64,000 nt of DNA from Escherichia phage vB_EcoM_NBG1. Below are positions 27,790 to 38,424 of the stretch, piece after piece; positions within the stretch are counted from its first letter, which is position 1; every line of letters starts with the position of its first letter. The stretch is taken from the sequence record MH243438.1. One strand, written 5' to 3'. The notes beneath the pieces were generated by a model, which saw only the letters and a list, made by a program, of their open reading frames with translations, searched no databases and had not been told where the DNA came from. Position numbers and translations under genes: made by a program.

Positions 27790-29459
27790 TGATGAGTGAT
27801 ATCGCCACCGATTGGACGATAGGAAACACCAGTTTCTTTATCAGTTAGTACCCATTTACCAGGATTTTTTGTAATCAGAGTAGCCGTTACAGGTTCTGCT
27901 ACGTCATAACTAATAGAGCCGTCTTGAAGTACACGGCCCATGTTACGTAATTGCTTAGTCAGAAGTTCCATACCTTTATAATATGCGGCTACCGCTTTAA
28001 GTGGATTATTCTTGAAATAACCACCTAATGCAATCCAGATAATTGCTACAGCCAAATGATGATATTCATTAAACGAACTCAGCTTTCCATATTTGTAAAC
28101 TAATGGATTGATGTTAATAGTCACATTACAAGTTGTTTCATCAATAGTAAACTGTCCCCAGGTCGGATTAGCGTTGAATTCATCATAACCTGAAACAGCG
28201 TAAAGCACTTTAGCTTCATCATACAATTTTGGCCCGTAAATCTTGGTTTCACCAAAATATCCACGAGGGTCGATAAACTTGACTTCGCCATTATCAGTAA
28301 TCATAGTATTACTGAAGTTCGGGTCGCCATGAATAACAGAGTACTGTCCCTGAGAACGGTTATGATAACGAATAAGGTGTTCTAAAGCTTGTTTCAGCAT
28401 TGGCTTCAGACGTCCAATCTTAGTGTAGTTCACATGTGTGATTTTACCAAATGAATCAATCAACGGTTGAATGCTTTCACAACGATCAATAACTTTCGTA
28501 TAGAATTCTTTAGTGAAATCACGACGAACAGTTTCAGGACTTACAAAATAAGTGTCTGTGCTGAATTTCAGTGCATCTAAAATTGCATCAACAATTTGTG
28601 GACGAGCAAGACTTGATTTGGATTTAATATATTCAAATGCTGGCTTACCTTTAATGCGTTCCATTTCAAAGTTATTTTCATTAACAGAAACTAACTGAGG
28701 AACTGAATCTGATTTCACTTTCAAATACCACGAAATCTCATCTTTCTGAAGAGCTCGTCCCTGTTCGGTTAATGCGAATTTAGTTACAGTTTCTTCACCA
28801 ATTTCAACTGCATTAAAACTACGATTAAGTTCACGAACTTCATGAGCCTTTTCAAGTTTAGGCATATCACCTAAATCAATTAGATTCATAAGCTCTGATT
28901 TATTGAATGCGCCACTGTAAAGGAATTCTACGAAATCACGTCCTTTGCAGTATTCATGAATTTCCTCATCAGTAGAACCCATGTAGAATTCCCAGTCTTT
29001 GAACTGGTAAATTCCCACAACATTACCGCCTGTTGCACCTACATTAGTGATATTTTCACCGTCGAAATTATATCGACATTCGTCACCCTTAACATAGATT
29101 GCGTTAACATTCCAAGACCATGAACCAAAATCGGGAATAATATCACACCAGTTAACAATTACGTTATGGCCGTCTAAATCTTTGTGTAATTTAGCAAGAG
29201 CATAAGCAGAACCATACGCTTCATCAACTGTACGAATAGTCACATTGAACCCTTCTTGCTCGCAATAAGCTCGAACAGTTTCAGCAAATTTTGAATGAAC
29301 TACTACAATAATTTCATCTGCGCCAAGGCCAGAATAAATTGTATACAAATTGCTCAGAATAGTGTCTTGTTTATAGTTAACAAGCACCTTAGGAATATGA
29401 TGCGTTATTGGATACAAACGAGTCGCCAGTCCAGCACCAAGAATAACAGCTTTTTTCAT
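27774..29459 (-). CDS. bifunctional sugar-1-phosphate nucleotidyltransferase / sugar kinase
   Basis: 561 aa; N-terminal ILGAGLATRLYPIT..PK nucleotidyltransferase signature; C-terminal APH/choline-kinase-like VIHGDPNFSNT..FIDPRGYFG. Confidence 0.8.
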   Translation of the reverse strand: MKKAVILGAGLATRLYPITHHIPKVLVNYKQDTILSNLYTIYSGLGADEIIVVVHSKFAETVRAYCEQEGFNVTIRTVDEAYGSAYALAKLHKDLDGHNVIVNWCDIIPDFGSWSWNVNAIYVKGDECRYNFDGENITNVGATGGNVVGIYQFKDWEFYMGSTDEEIHEYCKGRDFVEFLYSGAFNKSELMNLIDLGDMPKLEKAHEVRELNRSFNAVEIGEETVTKFALTEQGRALQKDEISWYLKVKSDSVPQLVSVNENNFEMERIKGKPAFEYIKSKSSLARPQIVDAILDALKFSTDTYFVSPETVRRDFTKEFYTKVIDRCESIQPLIDSFGKITHVNYTKIGRLKPMLKQALEHLIRYHNRSQGQYSVIHGDPNFSNTMITDNGEVKFIDPRGYFGETKIYGPKLYDEAKVLYAVSGYDEFNANPTWGQFTIDETTCNVTININPLVYKYGKLSSFNEYHHLAVAIIWIALGGYFKNNPLKAVAAYYKGMELLTKQLRNMGRVLQDGSISYDVAEPVTATLITKNPGKWVLTDKETGVSYRPIGGDITHQWERI

Positions 29460-29500
29460 GTTGAAGTCCTCATTGGTAAGTAGGAGTATTGTACACTATT

Positions 29501-29644
29501 CTAGTTAAAGCATTCATACTTTGCTTGTAGTCCAATCATAATCCATCCAATTACAAGTGTTGGAATCATTACTGGAGCCGTTAAGCTCCAGTAGATAGTC
29601 ATGACAAGCATCAATAGTAAAAGTCCTATTGTTATTGCTTTCAT
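29501..29644 (-). CDS. small membrane protein (47 aa)
   Basis: manually translated MKAITIGLLLLMLVMTIYWSLTAPVMIPTLVIGWIMIGLQAKYECFN; ATGA overlap with the isomerase stop. Confidence 0.35.
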   Translation of the reverse strand: MKAITIGLLLLMLVMTIYWSLTAPVMIPTLVIGWIMIGLQAKYECFN

Positions 29645-30276
29645 TGTTCGCCTCGTAACATGGCACCTAGTGCACCGCCTGGATGGAACTTAAGGAAATC
29701 ATTAGAGGTAAATCCACGTTCAGACGAAAGGTTGATAGCGAACGTATCGATAAGCGCTAACAACAATGTAGTAGACATTGTCGGAGCTAAAGAGTTCTCG
29801 TCAACTTCTACCGCGATACCGGTACAGAACGTATAATCAAAAAGAGCTTCGTATTCTTGTGGAATGTCAGGGTTACAATGTAACAGAATCTGTTTAACCT
29901 GAGGACGAATCATACGAAGATGTTTAGCAACACCTATCATTTCTTCAGTCTTACCAGAACGACTGATGTGAACTAATACATCATTAGGTGCAATAAATCC
30001 TGCGTCACCATGAGAATAATGCCCAGTGTTCAAGTACATACTTGGGATACCGAGTGAAGCAAAAGTCTCGGAAGCTTTAGTTGCGATATTAGCGTTCTTA
30101 CCAACACCTGTAATAATTACTCGGCTTTCATAATTACTAAGTCCCGGGCGTCGAAGAGTTTCTAGAATAGCATTATAACGAGCAGGGTTTTGACTAATTA
30201 CTTTAGCCATAGTGGCAAGAGATGAAGCTTGTTTTACGATTGCGTCAATAGCGATAGTGATTGGTGTAGTTTTCAT
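29641..30276 (-). CDS. D-arabinose-5-phosphate isomerase (SIS domain only, KdsD/GutQ-like)
   Basis: 211 aa; ITGVGKNANIATKASETFASLGIPS, ISRSGKTEE and FHPGGALG align with remembered E. coli KdsD SIS domain; no CBS domains. Confidence 0.85.
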   Translation of the reverse strand: MKTTPITIAIDAIVKQASSLATMAKVISQNPARYNAILETLRRPGLSNYESRVIITGVGKNANIATKASETFASLGIPSMYLNTGHYSHGDAGFIAPNDVLVHISRSGKTEEMIGVAKHLRMIRPQVKQILLHCNPDIPQEYEALFDYTFCTGIAVEVDENSLAPTMSTTLLLALIDTFAINLSSERGFTSNDFLKFHPGGALGAMLRGEQ

Positions 30277-30316
30277 ATTTCTCTCATTTAATTAGTTGGC
30301 CGTCCTTGGCATTATA

Positions 30317-33028
30317 TCAAAAATCAAACATATCGAACAGAGATGCTTTCTTCTCGTAATCGAGTTTAGCTGCTGATGTGAATCCTTCAAGTGGTTTAAT
30401 AAATGTCTTCTCAAGGAGAACAGTGTAGTCCATCCAATGAAGTACGTCGTCTTTAATTAAATCTGTGATTTCAGTACCAGAAGGCCATGCGATACATTTA
30501 TCACCGAATGGGTTTCCTTCACGTAAAGGCAGAACATATACTTTTTCACCTTCTACAACTTGTGGTGCATCAATATTACCTTTGATAGCTCGGTTATACG
30601 TCAGAATTCCACGAATATGGAACGGGCATTTAGGACCCGGGAATCCACCTACGTCGTATTTAGCAATGTTATTCGCAGAAGATACCGACGCGATGCTAAT
30701 ATAATTCAATTGACGGAATTCTTTTTCAAACTCTTTAAAATATTCTTGTAATGATTCTTCACCTTCTTGAAGCATACGACGAATACATTCTTTAAGAGCT
30801 TTCTGTACTGCTTTAGGAGTCGAAGATTTCTGAGTCTCTAGACCCATGATTTTGAGTTTAGGCTCAGCGTAACGAGTGCCTTCCATATCCCACACGTTTA
30901 ATGCATAACGTTTCTTACCAGTCCAGAATCCACCAATACCTTTAGAACCGAGCGGAGGACCAGCGATAGCTTCTCGGTCCATGAACATTAAGTGTTGTTT
31001 ATTGTTCATGTATTCACACATTTCACGGAAACCTTTATCAATAGCTGGTTCCATACGTTCACGTGCAAACTTATCTAAGAAGTCTACCCAATGGTTGGTA
31101 TCACGGAATTTAGATTCACCAACCTTATCAATAATTTTATCAGCAGATACGTAAATAGAGTCTGTATCACCATATAGAACGAAAGCTTCGCCTTCTGTAC
31201 CACAAACTTCATTCAGATATTCATTAACTTTACGTTCAATCCACTGTAAAGCCATTTGTCCGAATGTTGTGATTGCAGTAGCATTACGCAAATCGTAATA
31301 ACGGAACCATACGTTACCAAGTGCACCATAAAGCGAGTTGATAAGCAATTTACGGTTAATTTGTGCAGTCATACCTGCAACTTCAGTACGTTGAGCTCTG
31401 AACAACATTTCATTAAGAGATTTAGCAGACAACTTTTTAATCTTTTCTTTAATCTCATCACTGAAGTCGAAACGATAATCAACATCTAATGGTTCGTCAA
31501 CAGAAAGATTAGGATTATGCAATGCCTCTTTAATTATTTCACAATTACGTTGAGCTGCAAGCATGTAACCTTTATGTTCTTTACGTTGGTTAAAGACCTT
31601 AGTGATTTCAGTTGGAACTACACCATCACGGTCTTTATAATACATCATGCCGTTAGGAGAGCAACTGTACACATCTGAAGGACGTTCAGCGATTGCGTTA
31701 ATATAATCATGCAGTGGAGCTACTTTAAACGTTCCTGCTATTGTTTCCGGGCTAATATTCACTTGGCGAATAATACTTGGATACAGAGATGTAAGGTCGA
31801 AACTCATTACATATTTGTATCGATTTGGAATAGGTTCCTTAACAAAAGCGCCAGGATAAGGTTGAACCGGGTGAGAACGACCTTGTGGAATCACCTTGTT
31901 CTGCTCTTTAAGGCTATTAAAAATAATAGCATCCCATGTTTTAATTGGGCTAAACACAGATTGAATCTGTATCTTAGCATAATAACCCATGTCCAAACTC
32001 AAGTTGATGAACTGACGCTTAGCATCAATTTGCAATACACGATACACGTCGATAATGTTATAAGAAATATATCGTTGGTGATTGCTTTCACGAAGCTTAG
32101 AAATAGGGCCGTCATATTTCAGTTTACCAACGTTCAATTCAAATTCTGAAATGTAATCCAGAGAATACGACGGTTGATTGGTAAAAGAGAATTTTTTGTA
32201 AAGGTCAATGTAATCAAGAACAGAGATACCGAACAATGTAATGATTTCACGAGAACCATACATGTTTTCGATAACTTTAACACGAGTTTTACGATGTGGC
32301 GATAAACGTTTCGCAGTAGATTCGCCAAAAATATTCTTGATTCGGTTATACACATATGGAATATCAAATGACTCAACGTTCCATCCAGTCAAAATGACAG
32401 GAGTTTTCTGTTGCCAGAAGTTGAGATATTCCATCAATAATTCTTTTTCATTATCAAACGGCATATAAACAATTTTGTCGATAATTTCGGATGGAACTTC
32501 ATCACCACCTTGTTCTTGAAGCTTAGCAGCGATTTCAATAGACCATTCTTCTACATTACCGTATGGAGAATTCAATAGATCAAATACGTAGAACCTGTCA
32601 TCAATTGAGTCATAATGGGTGATAGCATCAATCGGATGTTTTGCTTGTGACGGCTCAGGGAACCCGTCCGGAGATGTTACTTCGATGTCGAAGTTAGCCA
32701 CACGAATTTTTGTATGGTCATATTTGATTTCATAGTTATAAGTGTCAGACAAATACGCCAATTTGAAATCGTCCATGCCAAGTGCTTCAAGTCCGATATC
32801 TTCCATGCGTTTAATCCATTGGGAAGCATCACGCATATTAGCGAACAGCTTACGAGTACACGGCTTACCGTAGATATCGAAATATTTCGTAGCCTGACTT
32901 TCTGGACAATGAGCAAACAGTGATGGTTTATATTCTACTTCACGAGTACGTTCACGGCCATTAGAATCGATGTAACGTTCAAAAATTGAATCACCAATCT
33001 GTTCAACCGTTAAGTAAAATTCTTTCAT
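30317..33028 (-). CDS. 43: DNA polymerase (family B)
   Basis: 903 aa; exonuclease motif FDIE and polymerase motif YGDTDS; T4 gp43 size. Confidence 0.95.
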   Translation of the reverse strand: MKEFYLTVEQIGDSIFERYIDSNGRERTREVEYKPSLFAHCPESQATKYFDIYGKPCTRKLFANMRDASQWIKRMEDIGLEALGMDDFKLAYLSDTYNYEIKYDHTKIRVANFDIEVTSPDGFPEPSQAKHPIDAITHYDSIDDRFYVFDLLNSPYGNVEEWSIEIAAKLQEQGGDEVPSEIIDKIVYMPFDNEKELLMEYLNFWQQKTPVILTGWNVESFDIPYVYNRIKNIFGESTAKRLSPHRKTRVKVIENMYGSREIITLFGISVLDYIDLYKKFSFTNQPSYSLDYISEFELNVGKLKYDGPISKLRESNHQRYISYNIIDVYRVLQIDAKRQFINLSLDMGYYAKIQIQSVFSPIKTWDAIIFNSLKEQNKVIPQGRSHPVQPYPGAFVKEPIPNRYKYVMSFDLTSLYPSIIRQVNISPETIAGTFKVAPLHDYINAIAERPSDVYSCSPNGMMYYKDRDGVVPTEITKVFNQRKEHKGYMLAAQRNCEIIKEALHNPNLSVDEPLDVDYRFDFSDEIKEKIKKLSAKSLNEMLFRAQRTEVAGMTAQINRKLLINSLYGALGNVWFRYYDLRNATAITTFGQMALQWIERKVNEYLNEVCGTEGEAFVLYGDTDSIYVSADKIIDKVGESKFRDTNHWVDFLDKFARERMEPAIDKGFREMCEYMNNKQHLMFMDREAIAGPPLGSKGIGGFWTGKKRYALNVWDMEGTRYAEPKLKIMGLETQKSSTPKAVQKALKECIRRMLQEGEESLQEYFKEFEKEFRQLNYISIASVSSANNIAKYDVGGFPGPKCPFHIRGILTYNRAIKGNIDAPQVVEGEKVYVLPLREGNPFGDKCIAWPSGTEITDLIKDDVLHWMDYTVLLEKTFIKPLEGFTSAAKLDYEKKASLFDMFDF

Positions 33029-33085
33029 TTAATTTCCTTTAGACGAGTTATTGTCTTTTGTTTGTTGATGAACTTATTATACTCC

Positions 33086-33107
33086 AAATGGGACCGAAGT
33101 CCCATTG
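33086..33107 (-). other. intercistronic UUCG stem-loop between regA and gene 43
   Basis: 9-bp stem with CGAA/UUCG loop, no U tract; adjacent to a TTATACTCCAA promoter-cassette remnant. Confidence 0.4.
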
Positions 33108-33109
33108 CT

Positions 33110-33487
33110 TTAATTACCAATTGTATATTTTGCTTTCAGAGTCCAGTCATCTTTCTGTTTAAAAGAGATAACACGGAAGTTATTAGTCAGGCCAAACAGA
33201 TCTTCACGAGCGGAGTCTTCAATAACAATCAAGCCCCAGTCTTCAAGCAACTGAGCAATCGAATCACGTCGTTGGTAGTCTTCACCATTGATATCAACTT
33301 GACGTCCGTCCATACGCAGCATTTCTTTAAAGTGGACGATGTAGTATTTACCTTGCTTTTGGAGGATATGACAGGACTGATAAAGGATTTTATCCTTGTT
33401 ATTAGCGATACCCATACGGGTCAGAGTCTCTTTGACTTTCAGAAAATCTTCAGGGTTCTTCAATTTAATTTCGATCATTTTTACCAT
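33110..33487 (-). CDS. regA: RegA translational repressor
   Basis: 125 aa; near-identical to remembered T4 RegA ([28 protein letters not shown]). Confidence 0.9.
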   Translation of the reverse strand: MVKMIEIKLKNPEDFLKVKETLTRMGIANNKDKILYQSCHILQKQGKYYIVHFKEMLRMDGRQVDINGEDYQRRDSIAQLLEDWGLIVIEDSAREDLFGLTNNFRVISFKQKDDWTLKAKYTIGN

Positions 33488-34044
33488 TCCAATGCTAATT
33501 TTTTAAATTGTTTTTGTTCTTTCACATTTTTTGTAACTTCTTTGAGAAACTCATCAGTGACCATGGCCTTCAGTTCTTTAAGGACTATTGGCAGCTTGTT
33601 ATTTTTTTCAAGGAGCCGCTTATACTCGGTAGCATCATTCATGTTGATTGTGTAATGTTTCATCAACAATTTGATAACTAGTAACTCTGAAGTGTCTTCA
33701 ACCAGTTTAGCCCATTTAGAGAATCGTCGGCCACGCGGAATGGCGGCCATCATGTAGTTGAAGTGTGCTTCATCACTTAATTCAGAACCGACCAAGTTCA
33801 TCATGTAAACTGCGGGCATACATTCTGGAAACTGGGACAATGAGTTTTCAACCATAAATTTTGAGTAGTCAACCTGAGCAATTGACATCGATTTCTTTTC
33901 ATTAATTGCGTTAATGATTTTAAAGAATTCGTTCTCAGGTTTTTCTTTAAACATGTCAGCACATTTTTGAATCGCATCAGCGTCGTTAGACTTCCATGCG
34001 ATTTGGTGCTCGTTAAGTTGGACGTCATCATCAAATAAGTTCAT
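33481..34044 (-). CDS. 62: clamp loader small subunit
   Basis: 187 aa; T4 gp62 length and position; overlaps regA start. Confidence 0.85.
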   Translation of the reverse strand: MNLFDDDVQLNEHQIAWKSNDADAIQKCADMFKEKPENEFFKIINAINEKKSMSIAQVDYSKFMVENSLSQFPECMPAVYMMNLVGSELSDEAHFNYMMAAIPRGRRFSKWAKLVEDTSELLVIKLLMKHYTINMNDATEYKRLLEKNNKLPIVLKELKAMVTDEFLKEVTKNVKEQKQFKKLALEW

Positions 34045-34045
34045 A

Positions 34046-35008
34046 TTATTTCCAAGTCAATTCACAAGTCAATTGAAGAAGCATATACATAACATGTAAT
34101 TCAATATTACTAGCTAGTCCATGAAACTTATTATTTTCACCTGCAATTTCATAAAGCGAAATAATACTTTTACCTGGTGCGACTTTGTCATAACACTCAG
34201 AAACTAATTTATCGATGAACCATGAATAATCAGCGGCATATTTTGGAGCTAATGCACGAAGCTGTTTGATATCTTTATTTTTCATTGCTTCTATGACATC
34301 ATCTACCGTGCCACGATCATTGGTTACAATCGACAAAATACCTGCATCAAGAACACCTTTAGACGAGTACTGGTCTAATTGACCAATTGTACGACGAAAG
34401 TCCGGGAAGTTCTTTTTAACCAGAGCTGCAACAACTTTCATATCAGCGATTTCGATATTTTCGTTCTTACAGATTTCAACCATACGATGAATCATTTTCT
34501 TCATCATTGAGATTTTATCTTCTTCGGTTGGACGTCCGAATTCGATAACTCGACAACGACTACGTAACGGTTCGATAATTCCATCGATGTTGTTGGCAGT
34601 AATAATAATAGAACAGTTACTAGAGAATTCTTCCATGAATGTACGAAGGTGACGTTGTGATTCAGCGAGGCCACTACGGTCAAATTCATCAATAACAATA
34701 ACTTTAGGCTTGCCTTCCATTGAGACTGAACGAGCGAATGCAGTTAATGGACCACGCACAAAATCAATCTTACAATCAGAACCGTTGACGAACATCATTT
34801 CGGCATTGATATCATTACATAATGCTTTTGCTACGGTTGTTTTACCGGTACCAGGAGATGGAGAGTGTAAAATAATATGAGGAAGTTTTCCTTTAGATAC
34901 TAAAGACTTGAATGTTTCATGGTCATACGCAGGCAGAATACATTCGTCAATGGAAGAAGGACGATATTTCTGTTCTAGAATGTGTTCTTTGGAATTGATA
35001 GTAATCAT
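34046..35008 (-). CDS. 44: clamp loader large subunit (AAA+)
   Basis: 320 aa; Walker [11 protein letters not shown]; T4 gp44 size and position. Confidence 0.9.
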   Translation of the reverse strand: MITINSKEHILEQKYRPSSIDECILPAYDHETFKSLVSKGKLPHIILHSPSPGTGKTTVAKALCNDINAEMMFVNGSDCKIDFVRGPLTAFARSVSMEGKPKVIVIDEFDRSGLAESQRHLRTFMEEFSSNCSIIITANNIDGIIEPLRSRCRVIEFGRPTEEDKISMMKKMIHRMVEICKNENIEIADMKVVAALVKKNFPDFRRTIGQLDQYSSKGVLDAGILSIVTNDRGTVDDVIEAMKNKDIKQLRALAPKYAADYSWFIDKLVSECYDKVAPGKSIISLYEIAGENNKFHGLASNIELHVMYMLLQLTCELTWK

Positions 35009-35083
35009 GTAATTTTCCTCATTATCATTAAACTGGAGGATTTCTCCTCCATAATCGTATCACAATAAACGTAAAGCTTTGAC

Positions 35084-35770
35084 TTAGAAGTCGTGAGTAG
35101 AATCGGCTTCCATCGCAATAACATAACTTACTTGAGAGCTTTCAAACTTAGCTGCAACTTTATCACCAGCTCCCCACAACATTACTTTATAGTTACCTGG
35201 CTGGATTTTCATATTAGCCATATTGATTACGAAGTTAAAGTTATTAGAACCGTCATAATCAGTAAGAGTCAAAGAATACTTAGGACGAGTTAGTCCGGAA
35301 TCTTCAACTTTATTATAGCCATTGATAACAATTTTACCATCTTTATTTGTAATAGCAATTGTATCAATCTGAAGACCACGTGAAACTCGAAGCAATTGTT
35401 GAAGGTCTTCAGCTTTAATTTCAGTAATCACAGAAGCCACTGGGAATTGAATTGGCTTATTAGGAAAAACAATGGTGCTCTTGTCGGCAGCAGGCCAATA
35501 AACTGTGGAACGTGTATCTGCAATTTTAATATTGCCATCAGTATGCATTGAAATTTCGGCATCATCAGACACTAGACTCAAAATGCTTAAGAAGCTATTC
35601 AAATCATAAAGTGCTACGTCAAAATCAATTTCATCAGAGATATTTGCTTCCGCATAAGTGGTGCCATTAACTGCACGAGTCATAATAAATTTACCTTGAC
35701 TCAGCAGAATGCCAGAGTTAATAGAGGCAAAGTTTTTCAGAATAGCGATAGTATCTTTAGACAGTTTCAT
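35084..35770 (-). CDS. 45: sliding clamp
   Basis: 228 aa from MKLSKDTIAILKNFASINSGI, closely matching remembered T4 gp45; ORF-track 5' extension rejected. Confidence 0.9.
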   Translation of the reverse strand: MKLSKDTIAILKNFASINSGILLSQGKFIMTRAVNGTTYAEANISDEIDFDVALYDLNSFLSILSLVSDDAEISMHTDGNIKIADTRSTVYWPAADKSTIVFPNKPIQFPVASVITEIKAEDLQQLLRVSRGLQIDTIAITNKDGKIVINGYNKVEDSGLTRPKYSLTLTDYDGSNNFNFVINMANMKIQPGNYKVMLWGAGDKVAAKFESSQVSYVIAMEADSTHDF

Positions 35771-35812
35771 TTTATTTCCTTTCAAGACAATTCAAAGTTT
35801 ATAACAAATTTA

Positions 35813-36229
35813 TTATGCAGCAACCATCTGCTTTTTAATAGCTTCAGGCAGTGATTCAATATATTCTGGAATTTTAGAAGCAACAATTTCGCCAGCTGCA
35901 ATTAGTTGTTCGTCGGCATCAACACAGTAAAAATCTTCAAGGCGTTCAGAACCGTCTTTATCAAGAACGATTTTAGCACCTGCTTCGATAGAATCTTTAT
36001 AGTGCTTACGCATCAAATGAATCCACATATCAGACACATCGTTATCAATAAAACCATAAATCATAAAACGAGTTTCTTGTGGCAAAGATTGGAGTTTTTT
36101 AGCACTTGCGTCATCACAATGCAGGACCCATGCTTTACGAACACGATTATGGTTATGCGGGTTAGCGTCAGTACGGATAGAAGTAACTTTCAGATCAGCA
36201 GCGGTAAAACCTTTAGCAGTAGTAAACAT
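35813..36229 (-). CDS. RNA polymerase-binding protein RpbA-position protein
   Basis: 138-aa ORF in the position of T4 rpbA; sequence identity not verified. Confidence 0.5.
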   Translation of the reverse strand: MFTTAKGFTAADLKVTSIRTDANPHNHNRVRKAWVLHCDDASAKKLQSLPQETRFMIYGFIDNDVSDMWIHLMRKHYKDSIEAGAKIVLDKDGSERLEDFYCVDADEQLIAAGEIVASKIPEYIESLPEAIKKQMVAA

Positions 36230-36241
36230 ATTATTTCTCTC

Positions 36242-36442
36242 TTATTCGTAGAAGTCGGTAACTGTCCATGCGGAATTGCGATTAGACATTATTTTATTAT
36301 ACTCATCTTTAAAAGCAGATTTGAGCATTTGTTCAGTAACAATATGTTCTTCACCTGAAAACGTATTGGTCAAAACATATTTTTTAATTTCAGGGACAAC
36401 GAGAAGATGTTGTCCAGTTGAATACTCCATGTTGTTCTCCAT
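36242..36442 (-). CDS. hypothetical protein
   Basis: 66-aa ORF. Confidence 0.5.
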   Translation of the reverse strand: MENNMEYSTGQHLLVVPEIKKYVLTNTFSGEEHIVTEQMLKSAFKDEYNKIMSNRNSAWTVTDFYE

Positions 36443-36484
36443 TTAATTTGATGTGGTCATTATAACCACATCGTGTTAAAGCGT

Positions 36485-38173
36485 TTATGAAACAGTCATT
36501 ACAGTAAATCGTCCAACTTTGCTCATCTGAAGATGTTGTCCATAACGTTGAGGGTCATGGTCTCTATGAGAGATAATGAACACATTAGTATTTTGTAAAC
36601 TACCAAGGATGGTATCTATAGCCTTAACAGCTTCAGAATCCACAGCGCCGTCAAAAACTTCATCTAAAATCAGAGTGTTGATTTTAACACCAGAAACCTT
36701 TTCAGCAATATCTCGCCATGTAAACAACAGTGCGATATCGATACGTGCTTTTTCACCTTGACTAAATGAAGCATAACTGAACTCTTCACGGCCACGTGAT
36801 TTTATAGACTCATTGAATTCTTCGTCAATAGAAAACACGTAATCGGCTTCCATGATTTTAAGATAATGGTTAATCTGCTTATTGAACAAAGGCACGTATT
36901 TTTTAATGATAGCACCTTTAATACCAGAATCTTTTAACATATCTGTGATAATACCACGATGGTATTTTTCAAGAACGATGTCTGATTTTGTTTTAATGAT
37001 TTTATCAAGTTCTTTTTGAAGCAAAGCTATCTCATCAGCATGGTCGATAAATTCTGCTGAGGCTTGCTCTATTGCAGCTTTAACTTTCTTAGCTTTATCA
37101 ATAGTGGCAATCATTGCTTGTTTCTTGGTACGAATATCAGATGCAAGGTCCTGTTTAGTCTTAACATTAGCTCTATATTCGTCCACTAGGACACTCAGAT
37201 TATCTCTGTGACAGGTAAGTTGCTCGAATGAGTGATTACATTCATGAAGCTTATCGGTAATCTTAGAGACAATAGGATCACCCTGGTGCAACTGTGATGC
37301 ACAAGTAGGACATGTACCGCCATCATGATACATCTTAATAACTTTGTTATATGAGTCAATTTTAGATTTAATCAAGAATGCTTCTTGTCCTATCTTGTCG
37401 AATGCCTCAGTAGGGTCTTCATCAAGAACGATATTAAGTAGTCGCTCATTAGCTTCTTCGATTTCTGCTTTTAATGAACGAGCTTCTTTGGCTAGGTCGT
37501 CATACATATTCTGTAGACGCGCTACATTATCACCGGATAATTTCTTTTGACGTTCGATATTCTCATTATAAATCTTAATTTGTTGGATAACACCATCTTT
37601 CTTGGCGTCGAGAACTTGCCCCTGGGAATTAAGTTCTCGAACTTGAGACTTATTGATTTTATCCATTTCAGCGAGCGTGCCAACTTCTAAAAGGTCTTCG
37701 ACAAGTTTTCTACGAGCAGGGGTGCTAAGAGCCATGAAAGGGGTATACCCTGCCGTCCCAAGCACAACGATTTGTTTAAAAGACGCGTATGACATTCCGA
37801 TGCTACGTTCAAATTCTTCTTGGAAGTCACGACTGCTGGCAGATTCATCGAGACGAACACCGTCAACGGAGATTTCGAAAATATTGGGCTTTTGGCCACG
37901 TTTAATGAAGTATTTTTTATCATCGAATTCCATCCAAAGCTCAACTAAGAGCTCTTTCTTGTTCGTGCTATTAATGATTTGTCCTTTCTTAACATCACGA
38001 AATGGTTTACCGAAAAGTCCGAAAGTAATGGCTTCTAACATCGTAGATTTACCACCGCCATTTTTACCAGTGATTAATGTCTTTTGGACTTTATCTAATT
38101 GGATATCAATAGGATTCCCACCTACCGACATGATGTTTTGATAACGAACACGATTTAATTTAAATGATTTCAT
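36485..38173 (-). CDS. 46: recombination endonuclease subunit (Rad50/SbcC-like ATPase)
   Basis: 562 aa; Walker A GKNGGGKST, long coiled-coil middle; T4 gp46 size. Confidence 0.9.
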   Translation of the reverse strand: MKSFKLNRVRYQNIMSVGGNPIDIQLDKVQKTLITGKNGGGKSTMLEAITFGLFGKPFRDVKKGQIINSTNKKELLVELWMEFDDKKYFIKRGQKPNIFEISVDGVRLDESASSRDFQEEFERSIGMSYASFKQIVVLGTAGYTPFMALSTPARRKLVEDLLEVGTLAEMDKINKSQVRELNSQGQVLDAKKDGVIQQIKIYNENIERQKKLSGDNVARLQNMYDDLAKEARSLKAEIEEANERLLNIVLDEDPTEAFDKIGQEAFLIKSKIDSYNKVIKMYHDGGTCPTCASQLHQGDPIVSKITDKLHECNHSFEQLTCHRDNLSVLVDEYRANVKTKQDLASDIRTKKQAMIATIDKAKKVKAAIEQASAEFIDHADEIALLQKELDKIIKTKSDIVLEKYHRGIITDMLKDSGIKGAIIKKYVPLFNKQINHYLKIMEADYVFSIDEEFNESIKSRGREEFSYASFSQGEKARIDIALLFTWRDIAEKVSGVKINTLILDEVFDGAVDSEAVKAIDTILGSLQNTNVFIISHRDHDPQRYGQHLQMSKVGRFTVMTVS

Positions 38174-38424
38174 ATGTATTCTCTTCGAATGAAGTCCTCT
38201 ACATATTTTAACATGTCATCTCTATCAGCAAAATATTCATCTAGTTCTGCATACATAACAACACCTGGTGCGTACTCACAGGTAACATACATTGTTCCAA
38301 AGAAACGAGGAGTTGATTCCTCGTAATTCTCAGTCCATTCAACGATACCAATATAACCGTCACCAATACTAAATTCATGACGATGGATTTCATAATCAGT
38401 CTTCGTCATTATACGCATCCTCAA
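38170..38424 (-). CDS. hypothetical protein
   Basis: 84-aa ORF overlapping the gp46 start. Confidence 0.55.
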   Translation of the reverse strand: MRMRIMTKTDYEIHRHEFSIGDGYIGIVEWTENYEESTPRFFGTMYVTCEYAPGVVMYAELDEYFADRDDMLKYVEDFIRREYI

